From an uncultured virus (IMG/VR IMGVR_UViG_3300012347_000246) (taxonomy: Duplodnaviria; Heunggongvirae; Uroviricota; Caudoviricetes): 60,525 bases of DNA. The DNA is taken from IMG/VR virus record IMGVR_UViG_3300012347_000246; one strand, written 5' to 3'. The translations under genes were made by a program, and so were the position numbers. This document shows, one piece after another, positions 37,393 through 49,338 of this stretch (its first letter is position 1; the number at the start of each line of letters is the position of its first letter). A model generated the notes under the pieces. That model was not told the origin of the DNA and made no database searches. It saw nothing but the letters and a program-made list of their open reading frames with translations.

Positions 37393-40300
37393 ATGGCAGT
37401 TACAAAAACAATAAATTTTTTACCAGAGATTTTCCAGACCGACACAAACAGAAAATTTCTAAATGCAACATTAGATCAACTGGTTAGCGAGCCTAACTTT
37501 AAAAAAATTAATGGCTATATTGGTAGAAAGTTTGCGCCAACATACAAGACTACAGATGGCTATGTTACTGAAGTTGATAGCTCTAGACAAAACTATCAGC
37601 TAGAACCTAGTACGGTTATTGTTGATCCTGAAACTAATAACGTAGATTTCTATAGCAGCTACATTGACTTGATTAACAAGATTAAGTTCTACGGCGGCAA
37701 CGTCGACAATCACAGTCGCTTATTCTCCAATGAGATGTATAGCTACGATGGTAAGTTTGATTTTGATAAGTTTGTTAACTTTTCTCAATATTATTGGCTA
37801 CCAAACGGCCCTTCGGAAGTACTAATTAGTGCAAGCAACGTACCAACTGAATATACATGGGATGTGAACGTTGACCCTATTACTGGTGGCTTTACATTCA
37901 CTGGTGCAGCAGGCACAGACACTAACCCTAACCTAACATTAGCATACGGTGGCCGCTACAAGTTTAACATTAACTCTGGTACATTCTGGATTCAGGCTGC
38001 ACCCGGCGTTAGCGGGTTTGATCCTAATCACCCCAACATCAATGTTCGTGAAGTTCTTGGTGTAAGCAATAATGGTGCTACCACTGGCACAGTTGAATTT
38101 ATTGTTCCGCAGCCTGACGGACAATCTCGTTACACAAACATGCCACGTGCATTAGTGAATGATGTTCCTGTCTCAGTGGACTATGCCACAATCTTAACTT
38201 ACCTTGATTTGCAAGGTAAGACACTAGATGAGTTTATTACTGCATTTGGCGGGCTTGATGGGGCCAGCGGCAACGTACACGGCAAAAAAGTTATTTTTGT
38301 CGGCGCTGATACAGACGACTATTTTTGGACACACAACAACGTTGTGGTGCCGCATGCTGACAGAACCAAGACTTGGTTAGTCGATGTAGATCAAAACACA
38401 AATACAATTAATTTAGTTCCGTCGGAAGTAATTAATACAAACGAAAAAGTTTATGTTAAATCTGGCAGCACTAACGCTAGTAAGAATTTCTTTGTAGACT
38501 ATACTGGATTCTACCAGGAAGTGCCTTTGCTTACTGCACCTCTAACTTCGTTATACTATCAAAATGGAACAAGTGGGCTTGGTTCAGGCATTATCTCATT
38601 AGTTAACCCATCGTCTGCAACCATTGATCCTGCCAGTGATATTGTTGGACAAAAAACGTACATTAGTCCAAACGGCGTTGTGTTCAGCAACGGAATGAAA
38701 ATTCGCTTTGATACTACCGCAGCAGGCTCATACGCCAGCAATGTGTATTATGTTGAAGGGGTTGGTTCGTCTATTAGTTTATTACTAGTTGACGATTTGG
38801 TAGCAACAGAATTAGATAATCTAAACACCCCAGACTACATCACTATTAACCGTAGTAGCCTTGATGTTAACGCATGGAGTCGCAGTAACCGTTGGTTCCA
38901 TATTGATGTATTAGAGGCAACAGCTAGATACAACAACGAAGAGTTGTTAGCTGATCAATCAATGAGAGCTCGACGCTCAATTATTGAATTTGATCCAAAC
39001 ATTCGCTTGTTTAACTATGGAGAGATTTCTAAACGCCCAATTGATATTCTAGACACTCTAGTAACTAACGCATACACACAAATCGAGAACACTAGCACTA
39101 ACAATGCAGATACGTTGTCGGTTGTAATTGGCGGCCAAACTATAACTCTTACCCACGGCGACAGAGTTATTTTCTCCAATGATTTAAGCCCTAGCGTTCG
39201 TACCAAAGTTTATACCTTTGAGATTGTTGATATTAGCGAGAACCAAAACGTCAATCAATATATCGGAACTATTGTTGAAACAAATGACGCTCCATTGGTT
39301 GCCGGTAACAACGTACTAGTTAAGAGCGGGCTGAATGCTAGAAAAGAATTCTGGTTTGATGGTACTAATTGGATCAGTGCTCAACAAAAGACCACAGTTA
39401 ACCAACCTCCGTTGTTTGACATGTTTAACAGTGATGGAATTAGCTTTGGCGACACAAACTATTACATTAACAGTAGCTTTACAGGAACAAAGATTTTCTC
39501 TTACAAAGTTGGCGCCGGTGCCAATGACGCAGTGCTTGGGTTTCCGTTAAGCTATCGCACATTTAACAACGTTGGTGATATCCAATTTGAAAACAACTTT
39601 GACGTTGATACGTTTACTTACTTGGTGAGCCCGAGTACTCAAACTCAATCAGTAAACACTGGGTATCTACATATCACCACTGGTGAAGGAACCCACGTCG
39701 AAAGCAATATTTGGATCAAGACAGCAGAGGACAGTAAACAGTATCAGATTATTAATCACACAGCTGATGGAGTTAATAATCTATTTGAAATTGATATTTT
39801 ACCTAACCCGAGCAACAACTTGCCTAACGTTAAGGTAATTGTAAACAGCAAATTTATTGATGTTAATAATTTTGGTTTGACACAAGTTGGTGCTCGGTAT
39901 GCGGTGTTGATTAACCCAACATTGTTAGCCAATGGCGACTCTGTTGACATTTTGATTTATAGCGAAAGCGTAAGTAAAATGGGGTACTTCCAAGTACCTG
40001 CCAACATCGACAACAATTCATTAAATCAGAATTTCTTGTCACTAACATTGGGCCAACTACGTAATCACTTAATTACTCTAAGTCAAAACAGCCAGGAAGT
40101 ACAAGGTCTAGTTCCTGGCAATAGTAACTTACGTGACATTAAAATTAAGTCGCAGGGCGGAAACATTTTAAAGCATGCTGCTCCACTAGTGTATAGCAAT
40201 TTGTTTATAGTAGATCCTACTATGAACTTTGTTGAATCTGCACGTTTGGCTCAGCGTGAGTATGCTAAGTTTAAAAACAAGATTTTAGAGTTGTCTACCC

Positions 40301-43300
40301 AGATTGAAATCGATATCAACGATATTGCTGGCACATTAGACAAAATATTAGCAACAATTAACGGCGTTAAGAATAAAAACTTTGCCTGGTACTATAGCGA
40401 CATGGTGCCTTGGGGAGCAAACAAAACTACCTTGCCATCTTACACAATTCTAGACCCACGTATTCGCCGGTATGAATTGAGCAAGATTTTCAATGACAAG
40501 GTTCTAAGCAACTTAGCAGTGCTAGTTTACCTAGAGCGTACTGCCAATGGAGTAACAACCAAACAGCTATTAGTCAAGGACCAAGACTATACATTTAGTA
40601 GTGGTGGCCCAAGTATCACGATCCGGGATAGTTTTGATTTAAACTACGATGATGTCTTGACTATAGTTGAGTATCACGATACAGATGGAAACTATATTCC
40701 TGAAACCCCAACAAAGCTAGGATTGTATCCTAAATTTGTTCCTGAGATTTTTGTTGACGATACATATTCTGTATCTACTAGAGTTATCCAAGGCCACGAC
40801 GGTAGTATTACTCCTGCGTTCGGCGATTTCCGCGATGACATTTTACTTGAGTTTGAACGTAGAATTTACAACAACATTAAACAAGAGTTTAAGCATGACG
40901 ACCTGTACTCTCACGTCCCAGGACGTTTCCGTGTTACAGATTACAGCTTGAAAGAGTTTACACAAATTCTGAGCTCTAGCTTCCTAACATGGGTAGGTAA
41001 TAACCGTTTAGACTACACGTCAAATACCTATTTCCAAAGCAATAATCCTTGGACATGGAATTACAAAAACTTTAGAGATCGTCTAACTGGTGAGTTCTTG
41101 CCAGGAGCTTGGCGTTCGGTGTTTAAGTACTTCTACGATACAGATCGTCCTCATACACATCCATGGGAAATGCTAGGCTTCTCAGACCAACCCGATTGGT
41201 GGGAAGAGCGTTATGGTTCTGCACCATACACCGGCGGCAACATGGTATTGTGGACAGAATTAAGTCTTGGATATATTCACGCTGGCCCACGTGCAGGCAT
41301 TGATAAGCGTTTTGCTCGCCCTGGCTTGCTAAACGTTATTCCTGTTGACGAAACTGGAGCATTGCGTAGCCCAGAGAAGTTTGCAGTATTAGACTTCAAC
41401 AGTAACAAAGCCAATGCTAGCTATGCCATCGGTGACCAAGGTCCAGTTGAAACAGCGTGGCGCCGCAGCAGTGACTATCCATATGCATTGCAAATTGCAT
41501 TAGCATTAACTAAGCCTGCACACTACTTCGGTTCATTGATTAACGTTGATCGTTTCAACTTAAACACCACATTGAACCAATATGTGTTAGACAGCACCAA
41601 ACAACACATTACCCCGACAGCGATTGAAGTAAACGGATACGTTGATACGAATTCTAATATTCATCGCACCGCAGGTTACATTAACTGGGTTAGCGATTAC
41701 CTTAAGGGACTTGGCATCGGTGACCCACAAACACTTATCAAGAAATACTTTAAGAACTTGAACGTTCAACTAAGTTATAAGGCCGCAGGCTTCACTGATA
41801 AGCGTTATATTAGTTTGCTTGCCGAACAAGGTAGTCCGAACTCCACTGGTGAAAACATTATCATCCCCGATGGTAACTATCGTGTTGAGTTACACAAATC
41901 TGTACCAGTAAACAAAATTGCTTACAGTGCTGTTATTGTTGAGCGTAGCCAAAATGGTTATACTGTTAGCGGTTATAACCTAAGCAGCCCATATTTTACT
42001 ATTGTACCAAGTATTGCAAATAACAGTGCCTATACTGTTACAGTGGGCAAAGCACGTGGCACAATCTACAAAGACTATCAAAAGATTCGTGTACGTATTC
42101 CGTACGGACATGAGTTTAGTACAACGCAAGAAGTAGTTGACTTCTTGGTAAGCTACCAACGCCAGCTACAAAGCCAAGGCTTTATTTTCACTGACTACGA
42201 CTACGATCTTGGGCAAAAACAAGATTGGATCTTAAGTGCTAAAGAGTTCTTAACTTGGGCACAACAAGGTTGGCAAGCAGGTAACGTTATTATTCTTAGC
42301 CCAGTTAACCAGTCAATTAACGTTAACTTAACCAACAGTGTAGTTGACGAAATCACAAACTTGCCAACAGGCTCTAAGTTATTAGATCCTAACTTCAATG
42401 TGATTAAGAAAAGTAACTTTAGTGTATTGCGTGAAGACAACACATTCAAAGTTTCTACTATCAAGAATCAAACAATCACTTATGCAGAGTTGCATCAAGT
42501 TCAATATGAACACGTGATTATCATTGATAACAAGACTTCGTTTAACGATATTATCTACAGCCCAGATACCGGTAACCGTCAATTCCGTTTGAAGTTTATT
42601 GGCAGCAAGACTGCCGACTGGACTGGCGCATTGAATCCAAGTGGCTTTATCTATAACAACAATGTTGTTGACGAATGGCAACCTGGTAAAGACTACAAAC
42701 AAGGCGACCTAGTTTCTTATAAAGCCAACTACTATGTTGCTCTAAGCAAAGTAACAGCCACTGAATTGTTTAATATTTCTAGCTGGAAACAAATCAACCA
42801 ATCTAGCATTAAGACTGGGTTGTTACCAAACTTTGCAACCAACGCAGCTAAGTTTGAAAACATTTATGACCTTGACAATCAACCAACTGACGAAACTTTA
42901 AACTTTTACAGTAACGGAATCACTGGTTTCAGAGAGCGTAACTATTTGACAGATTTGGCATTGGACATTGAAACCCAAGCTAAGTTTTACCAAGGTTACA
43001 TCAAACAAAAAGGCACAAAGAACGCCATCCTTGCACTTGCACAGGCACAATTGGCTAACATTAGTAATGAAATTACAGTTAGCGAAGAATGGGCACTTCG
43101 TGTAGGCGAGTACGGTGCCACAGACATTAACAAGTTTGTTGAAGTCGAACTTGACGAAGCGGTGATTACAGGTAATCCAACTACTGTGGAGTTCTTGGCA
43201 GCGAACCAAGATTACACATACGGAGTTCCTCATTATTACCCAAGGGATGTATACCAAAGTTCATTAAATTACAATCCTGTGATGTTTGATGACTACGTGA

Positions 43301-46300
43301 AAACTGCGGATAGTCCTGCATTGCCAACTGCCGGATATGTAAACGTTGATGATGTTGATGCAACTATTTTTGATATTGCCAACTACAGCGACCTAGGAGA
43401 TACACTATCTAAAATTGGTACAGGATTTAAGATCTGGGCTGCAAAAGGGTTTTCGGGAGAGTGGGACGTTTATCGTGTAAGCGAAACTGAATGTTTAGTT
43501 ACTGCTATCAACTACAGCATTGACAACCTTGCAACAATCACAACTAACAATTATCATCAATTGTCTGTTGGCGATGTTATTGCAATCAAACGATTCGACG
43601 ATCGATTCGACGGGTTCTACCAAGTCTATAGCATCAACGGTATTAATCAATTTACCATTGGGTTAAGAAAGAACTATCAAATATTAAGCCAACTACAATC
43701 AGTGAGTGGGTCTGGGGTATTGTTTAAATTAACTAGTGCCAAATTGGACATCCCTAGCAATATTGATTCTATTACTCCGCAGTACGGGTGGATCCAAGGT
43801 GATAAAGTTTGGGTTAACACCTTAGACGAGAATAACAACTGGGGCGTGTATAATAAAACAAGTCCATGGGAATCAGCTACAAAAATATTCTTAAACAGTT
43901 CTGAATATAACGGCAGTGATAACTTTGGCCAAAGCATTAAAATTTCCGCCGACGGAAAGACTATGATTGCCGGTGCGCCAAATAGTAGAACTGGCCGTGC
44001 TGCTATTTTCTTAGAAACTGCAACAGGCGACTGGGTAGAAAACAGCAACTTTGTAAACTCTAGCACAGGTACCTTAGGGTTCGGTGCAGCAGTTGATTCA
44101 AACGCTCGTGCATTTATTATTGCTGCCCCTAAAAGCAGTGATGCCCGCGGATATGTATTCGTTTATACCATTGACCCGGCAAACGGCATTGCAGTAGGAC
44201 AAATTATTGTTGCACCTGATGGAGCAACTGGTGACGGGTTTGGTACCAGTGTAGCAACTAGTGCAGATGGTAACTGGCTGTACATTGGATCTCCTGGTGC
44301 TGGCAAAGTTTATGCATACGGATGGCTAACTGATTCTAGCAGTGTTCAAACACTAACTGCAACAGGAAGTAATTCAGTGTTCACCTTAGATACCGCAGTT
44401 AACGATGCGAGCAGTATCTTGGTAACAGGCGTACAACCTTATATCCCTTATATTGATTACACAGTAAGCGGAACAACCTTAACCTTTACTGACCCTCCGG
44501 TTGCAGGAACAATTTTAGTAGGCTTACGTAGTCGCTATACTCTAATTGATACCTGGTCACATTCTGATAATTTTGGTATAAGCCTAGCAACTAACGATGC
44601 AGGTGACCAGATTGTTATCGGGGCAAACACTGCAACAGTTGATGGTGTAACTGGCGCAGGCAAGGGCTATGTATACGACCGCATGGTTGAAGGTTTTGTT
44701 GCAAACGGCATTAACAATACATTTATTCCTGTTCGCACAATTGGGGCAACTCGTCGAGTTACCGCCAATAACATTGAACAAAAAGAAGATATTGATTACA
44801 AGATCAACGGCAACGTTGTTCAGTTTATGGTGCCACCAGCATCTGGTACAACCATTGGTATTGAAACAAACCAATTTAACTTAATACAAGAAGTATACAG
44901 TACAACATCAACAAACGGTCAAGGGTTTGGTACTACAGTTGAAATTAGCCCAGACACTACTACATTGTACTTTGGTGCGCCAAACTATAGCTTGCCGTAT
45001 TACAGAAGTGGCGCTGTTTATAGATTTACAAACCAAGGTCGTCGTTACGGATCTATTATCGGAACTGTTGCGAACCCAACAGTTACACCGGGACACAGTA
45101 TTCGTATCAACACTGTTGAAATTAAATTCACTGAATCTAGCCTTGCACACGTTGTAAGCAAGATTAATGGTGCAGGCATTCCTGGAATTACTGCAAGTAT
45201 TGAAAACAATCACATACAGATTACTTCGGCTCGTGTAACTAACTATTCAACTATTGGTGCAATTACTCACAACAACAAGCTCGATGTGTTACCTGGAAGC
45301 GGGGCAACACTTGCTCCTGGATCTGGTACAGCAATTGCCGATTTGGGCTTGATTATTTTTGTGCAATCTCAAACAATTACACATCCATCAAGTAACGAAA
45401 ATGAATTTTTTGGAACCACGTTAAGTATTGGTACAAACAATACCACATTAGCTATTGGTAGTATTGGTGCTAAAACAATTAATGGCACAACGTTTGATGA
45501 CACAGAAACAACATTTGATGTTGGTAGCATTAACTTCAAAGATCCGATTGCAAACAGTGGTGCAGTTTATGTGTACGACTTAATGGATAATCCTTTTGAG
45601 TCAGTTGAGACTCCTGCATTGTTTGCGTATGTTCAACAATTACAAGCCCCTGATATCGGGGATAACTTTAATTTTGGTGCAGCCATTGATATCGTGGGCA
45701 ACTATATTGCGGTAGCGGCAACAAACGATTATGCTATTGCAACAGCTGGCGGTAGTGTATATACATTTAGCAACCCTGGCCTAACTCAAGGATGGGATCT
45801 AATTCGTTACAACCAACCTCGTGTTGAACCTAACACCATTGACAAAGCGTATATTTACAATAAGCGTTCTAACGTCATTGGCGCCCGACTAGATTATTTT
45901 GACCCAGTAAAGGGCAAACTACTAGGTATCGCTCAACAGGATTTAGATTTTATTGCTGACGCTGATCCTGCGATTTACAATGACAGTGCAAGCACCGACA
46001 CAGGACCAACAAATAAGTTTGATTCTAGTTTCCACTGGACCGATTTACAAGTTGGTAAGACTTGGTGGGACACTAGCTTGATGCGTTATATTGATTACGA
46101 GCAAAGTGATATCATTTATCGCGGCAAGCATTGGGGCGACATGTTCCCTGGCAGCGAAGTTAAGGTATACGAATGGGTCGAAAGCCCATGGTTGCCTAGT
46201 CAGTATGTTGAACACGGCGGTGACGGCATCCCTAAGTATGAAGATAACAGCTCTTTTGTTAGCTACACTATTGTTGACTCTGCCACTGGTTTGTTTAAAA

Positions 46301-49300
46301 CATTGTATTATTACTGGGTAGGCGACAAAGCCAGTGTAGACACTATTAAAACTGGTAGATCTACTAGTGTTAGCACATTGCAACAAATTATTGCAGAACC
46401 TAAAGATCAGGGCATCCCGTATATGGCTGCAATGAAGAGTAATGCAATTAACTTATACAATATTGGCAGCTACTTAACTGGCACTGATGCGGTATTGCAC
46501 GTCTCTCACAGCCCTTTAAACAGTACTAACATTATTCACAGTGAATATCAGCTAGTAGAAGAAAATGTAGACACTATCCCAATTCCTCATAGAATTGTTA
46601 ATAAACTACAAGACAGCTTGTCGGGACTCGATATGGCTGGGTTAGTTGTTCCTGATCCAACACTAAAACCGGTATCTCAGATCGGTATTGAGATTCGTCC
46701 ACGCCAGAGTATGTTTGTGGAACGTTTGTCGGCTCTTGAAAACTTTGTTAAGTTTGTTAACAGCGTATTAATTCAGTACCCGATTATTGATAGCCGCGAC
46801 ACTTCAAAATTATATCAAGGTTCGCCACAACCTGTTGCTGGCACTGGCGAGTGGGACTTAAAAATTAGCACACGAAGTGAGCTTGATTACATCAATTCAG
46901 CTGAGCTAGCTAATGGGTATAAAGTATTAATTGATAAAGATTCTGATCACAATGATTTGTGGACAATTTTTAGTTGGTCGACTTCAACTCAGAGTTGGAC
47001 ATTGGTAAAAATTCAAAGTTACTCAACCCAATTGTACTGGCATCTAGTAGATTGGTACGCAAGCGACTTTGACTATACAGTTAAGCCGACCCATACGGTT
47101 GACCGTTATTACCAAATCGCAGCACTGTCTCTTAAAGAGGGCGAGACAATTCATTTAAACGACGATGGCGAAGGTCGATTTGTTGTTTATAAAGTTAACG
47201 CCAACCTTGGGCTAGATAGAGTTGGTAGCCAAAACGGAACATTGCAGTTAAACGATAGCATCTATAATTTAGCTTCTGGTAATATGGCGTTTGATAACGA
47301 CAATTACGACACTGTACGATTTGACCAAAACCCAAATCAAGAAGTTCGTTATATCTTTGATGCAATTTACCAAGACATCTTTGTTAAGGACATCAAGGTA
47401 GAGTTTAATAAGTTGTTCTTTAGCTTAGTTAACTATGTATTCAGTGAACAAAAATCTACTGATTGGATTTTTAAGACTAGCTTCATTAGTGTATTGCATA
47501 AGATTCGTAACCTAAGTCAATACCCAAGTTACGTTAAGGATAACCAAACCTTCTACGAAGACTATATTAACGAAGTTAAACCTTATCGCACACAGATTCG
47601 CGAGTACACTCCGTTGTACAATGGCGTTGATTACTTGCACACTGGTGCAACTGACTTCGACTTGCCATCGTATTACGACACAGTGTCTAGCACATTCCGT
47701 AGTCCGAATGGCGATTATGCAGCCGATGCTAATATGTTAACTACGGCTAACTACGCTGATTGGAATAACAACCATACGTACAGCGTAGTGGAGATCGAAG
47801 TATCCAATGGCGGGTCTGGATATACATTAACTCCTAATGTTATCATCACAGGCGGCGACGGTACTGGTGTAGTTGCACATGCAACTATTAACAACACCTA
47901 CGGCAATATTGCAAGTGTTACAATTGTTAACCCAGGATCTGGATTTACTACCCCACCTGTGGTCACTGTTAACGGCAATGGCACTGGAGCAGTATTAGTT
48001 CCTAAGTTAAAGAACGTGTTCTATAAAACTTCGCCTAGCGATAGCTATAACACTGTTCGTACCTTTAATACTACTATTAAATTTGACAGAACTGGATTTA
48101 CTAGTAAGGTAGTTGATTGGGCACCAAACACTGCATACACTGCTACTGTTACTGTTGGCACAGGCAACGGAAACGTTTGGGTGTCAAGTGGCAACTTAGT
48201 TGCTTACAACAATAACATTTACAAACCATTTGCTGCTAACGTAACCACAGAAGCTACGTTTGATTCATCATTGTACGAACTAGTTAGTGCCGGCAATGCC
48301 TTAATTACTGCAAACGACCGTATCATGGGGTACTATGTCCCAGACGTAACTATGCCTGCTCGCAACTTGTCTAGCTTAATTGATGGTATTCAGTATCCTG
48401 GTGTAAACGTAACAGGCGTTAAGTTTGATGACTTTACTAGCAACGTAAACGTAGGAGCAAACATTGCATTCTATAGTGCAAACTCGTCTATTAAGAGTAC
48501 AAACAGTGCAGTAAACTTTGTTGAGTTAGGGTATGCGTTGAATCAGCAACTAACGGTGTTTGGTTCTGCAAATAACAACAACCGTTACGGTATTGTACAA
48601 GTAACAGAAGACACAATTATTGTTGACACTAGTGCAGTTGTTAACGAATCTGCTGGTGCTAACATCACATTGCGTTATTTAGACTACAACGACCCTAACA
48701 AGTTTGACAGTGCTATCCAAAGCAGCTATTTAGACAGTGCGTTAGGTACTCGTCCTGAAGATATTAATATCGATGGTGGTGCATATGTTGACACATTTAG
48801 CAGTCACGCTCCAGAGGAACTAGTTCCAGGGTGTGTGTACGATACATTAAGTATGACAGTGTTTACAAAAATCTCAGGAAACGTTGTGTTAGGACACCGT
48901 GTATTCCAAAATATGCGTGGCGAAATTGAATACACACGTATTGCTGATGCAAATACCACTGAACTAGCACAAGAGTTGGCACTAACTGATGCAACCATTG
49001 TAGTTACAGATGCAAGCAAGTTACCGGAACCAAACCCAACATTGGGCTTACCTGGTATTGTTTACATTAACGGTGAAAAAATCACATATTACACATACGA
49101 TGCTGAAACAAACACATTGGGTCAATTGCGCCGAGGCGTAGATGGTACAGGTGCAGCAACGTTGCATGCAGTAGGTAGCAGAGTTGTTGACGGAAGTATG
49201 CAACAAAAACTACCAGGAACTCCGCATACTGAAACTTGGCTGAATATGACAGCCAACGTAGCGGACGGAACAGGCTTTGATGGCTCAACAACCAGCGAAG

Positions 49301-49338
49301 TATCGTTCCTAAAACTTAGCCCAAGTTATAACCCATGA
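37393..49338 (+). CDS. Giant baseplate wedge/structural protein (gp7-like position), 3981 aa
   Basis: Follows gp6. Has an FDFDKFVNFSQYYW motif, FG-GAP-type repeats, a CBM5/12-like WQPGKDYKQGDLVSY module, GSGY repeats, EVKPYRTQIR and a C-terminal GEKITY..LRRGVDGT. Confidence 0.75.
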   Translation: MAVTKTINFLPEIFQTDTNRKFLNATLDQLVSEPNFKKINGYIGRKFAPTYKTTDGYVTEVDSSRQNYQLEPSTVIVDPETNNVDFYSSYIDLINKIKFYGGNVDNHSRLFSNEMYSYDGKFDFDKFVNFSQYYWLPNGPSEVLISASNVPTEYTWDVNVDPITGGFTFTGAAGTDTNPNLTLAYGGRYKFNINSGTFWIQAAPGVSGFDPNHPNINVREVLGVSNNGATTGTVEFIVPQPDGQSRYTNMPRALVNDVPVSVDYATILTYLDLQGKTLDEFITAFGGLDGASGNVHGKKVIFVGADTDDYFWTHNNVVVPHADRTKTWLVDVDQNTNTINLVPSEVINTNEKVYVKSGSTNASKNFFVDYTGFYQEVPLLTAPLTSLYYQNGTSGLGSGIISLVNPSSATIDPASDIVGQKTYISPNGVVFSNGMKIRFDTTAAGSYASNVYYVEGVGSSISLLLVDDLVATELDNLNTPDYITINRSSLDVNAWSRSNRWFHIDVLEATARYNNEELLADQSMRARRSIIEFDPNIRLFNYGEISKRPIDILDTLVTNAYTQIENTSTNNADTLSVVIGGQTITLTHGDRVIFSNDLSPSVRTKVYTFEIVDISENQNVNQYIGTIVETNDAPLVAGNNVLVKSGLNARKEFWFDGTNWISAQQKTTVNQPPLFDMFNSDGISFGDTNYYINSSFTGTKIFSYKVGAGANDAVLGFPLSYRTFNNVGDIQFENNFDVDTFTYLVSPSTQTQSVNTGYLHITTGEGTHVESNIWIKTAEDSKQYQIINHTADGVNNLFEIDILPNPSNNLPNVKVIVNSKFIDVNNFGLTQVGARYAVLINPTLLANGDSVDILIYSESVSKMGYFQVPANIDNNSLNQNFLSLTLGQLRNHLITLSQNSQEVQGLVPGNSNLRDIKIKSQGGNILKHAAPLVYSNLFIVDPTMNFVESARLAQREYAKFKNKILELSTQIEIDINDIAGTLDKILATINGVKNKNFAWYYSDMVPWGANKTTLPSYTILDPRIRRYELSKIFNDKVLSNLAVLVYLERTANGVTTKQLLVKDQDYTFSSGGPSITIRDSFDLNYDDVLTIVEYHDTDGNYIPETPTKLGLYPKFVPEIFVDDTYSVSTRVIQGHDGSITPAFGDFRDDILLEFERRIYNNIKQEFKHDDLYSHVPGRFRVTDYSLKEFTQILSSSFLTWVGNNRLDYTSNTYFQSNNPWTWNYKNFRDRLTGEFLPGAWRSVFKYFYDTDRPHTHPWEMLGFSDQPDWWEERYGSAPYTGGNMVLWTELSLGYIHAGPRAGIDKRFARPGLLNVIPVDETGALRSPEKFAVLDFNSNKANASYAIGDQGPVETAWRRSSDYPYALQIALALTKPAHYFGSLINVDRFNLNTTLNQYVLDSTKQHITPTAIEVNGYVDTNSNIHRTAGYINWVSDYLKGLGIGDPQTLIKKYFKNLNVQLSYKAAGFTDKRYISLLAEQGSPNSTGENIIIPDGNYRVELHKSVPVNKIAYSAVIVERSQNGYTVSGYNLSSPYFTIVPSIANNSAYTVTVGKARGTIYKDYQKIRVRIPYGHEFSTTQEVVDFLVSYQRQLQSQGFIFTDYDYDLGQKQDWILSAKEFLTWAQQGWQAGNVIILSPVNQSINVNLTNSVVDEITNLPTGSKLLDPNFNVIKKSNFSVLREDNTFKVSTIKNQTITYAELHQVQYEHVIIIDNKTSFNDIIYSPDTGNRQFRLKFIGSKTADWTGALNPSGFIYNNNVVDEWQPGKDYKQGDLVSYKANYYVALSKVTATELFNISSWKQINQSSIKTGLLPNFATNAAKFENIYDLDNQPTDETLNFYSNGITGFRERNYLTDLALDIETQAKFYQGYIKQKGTKNAILALAQAQLANISNEITVSEEWALRVGEYGATDINKFVEVELDEAVITGNPTTVEFLAANQDYTYGVPHYYPRDVYQSSLNYNPVMFDDYVKTADSPALPTAGYVNVDDVDATIFDIANYSDLGDTLSKIGTGFKIWAAKGFSGEWDVYRVSETECLVTAINYSIDNLATITTNNYHQLSVGDVIAIKRFDDRFDGFYQVYSINGINQFTIGLRKNYQILSQLQSVSGSGVLFKLTSAKLDIPSNIDSITPQYGWIQGDKVWVNTLDENNNWGVYNKTSPWESATKIFLNSSEYNGSDNFGQSIKISADGKTMIAGAPNSRTGRAAIFLETATGDWVENSNFVNSSTGTLGFGAAVDSNARAFIIAAPKSSDARGYVFVYTIDPANGIAVGQIIVAPDGATGDGFGTSVATSADGNWLYIGSPGAGKVYAYGWLTDSSSVQTLTATGSNSVFTLDTAVNDASSILVTGVQPYIPYIDYTVSGTTLTFTDPPVAGTILVGLRSRYTLIDTWSHSDNFGISLATNDAGDQIVIGANTATVDGVTGAGKGYVYDRMVEGFVANGINNTFIPVRTIGATRRVTANNIEQKEDIDYKINGNVVQFMVPPASGTTIGIETNQFNLIQEVYSTTSTNGQGFGTTVEISPDTTTLYFGAPNYSLPYYRSGAVYRFTNQGRRYGSIIGTVANPTVTPGHSIRINTVEIKFTESSLAHVVSKINGAGIPGITASIENNHIQITSARVTNYSTIGAITHNNKLDVLPGSGATLAPGSGTAIADLGLIIFVQSQTITHPSSNENEFFGTTLSIGTNNTTLAIGSIGAKTINGTTFDDTETTFDVGSINFKDPIANSGAVYVYDLMDNPFESVETPALFAYVQQLQAPDIGDNFNFGAAIDIVGNYIAVAATNDYAIATAGGSVYTFSNPGLTQGWDLIRYNQPRVEPNTIDKAYIYNKRSNVIGARLDYFDPVKGKLLGIAQQDLDFIADADPAIYNDSASTDTGPTNKFDSSFHWTDLQVGKTWWDTSLMRYIDYEQSDIIYRGKHWGDMFPGSEVKVYEWVESPWLPSQYVEHGGDGIPKYEDNSSFVSYTIVDSATGLFKTLYYYWVGDKASVDTIKTGRSTSVSTLQQIIAEPKDQGIPYMAAMKSNAINLYNIGSYLTGTDAVLHVSHSPLNSTNIIHSEYQLVEENVDTIPIPHRIVNKLQDSLSGLDMAGLVVPDPTLKPVSQIGIEIRPRQSMFVERLSALENFVKFVNSVLIQYPIIDSRDTSKLYQGSPQPVAGTGEWDLKISTRSELDYINSAELANGYKVLIDKDSDHNDLWTIFSWSTSTQSWTLVKIQSYSTQLYWHLVDWYASDFDYTVKPTHTVDRYYQIAALSLKEGETIHLNDDGEGRFVVYKVNANLGLDRVGSQNGTLQLNDSIYNLASGNMAFDNDNYDTVRFDQNPNQEVRYIFDAIYQDIFVKDIKVEFNKLFFSLVNYVFSEQKSTDWIFKTSFISVLHKIRNLSQYPSYVKDNQTFYEDYINEVKPYRTQIREYTPLYNGVDYLHTGATDFDLPSYYDTVSSTFRSPNGDYAADANMLTTANYADWNNNHTYSVVEIEVSNGGSGYTLTPNVIITGGDGTGVVAHATINNTYGNIASVTIVNPGSGFTTPPVVTVNGNGTGAVLVPKLKNVFYKTSPSDSYNTVRTFNTTIKFDRTGFTSKVVDWAPNTAYTATVTVGTGNGNVWVSSGNLVAYNNNIYKPFAANVTTEATFDSSLYELVSAGNALITANDRIMGYYVPDVTMPARNLSSLIDGIQYPGVNVTGVKFDDFTSNVNVGANIAFYSANSSIKSTNSAVNFVELGYALNQQLTVFGSANNNNRYGIVQVTEDTIIVDTSAVVNESAGANITLRYLDYNDPNKFDSAIQSSYLDSALGTRPEDINIDGGAYVDTFSSHAPEELVPGCVYDTLSMTVFTKISGNVVLGHRVFQNMRGEIEYTRIADANTTELAQELALTDATIVVTDASKLPEPNPTLGLPGIVYINGEKITYYTYDAETNTLGQLRRGVDGTGAATLHAVGSRVVDGSMQQKLPGTPHTETWLNMTANVADGTGFDGSTTSEVSFLKLSPSYNP

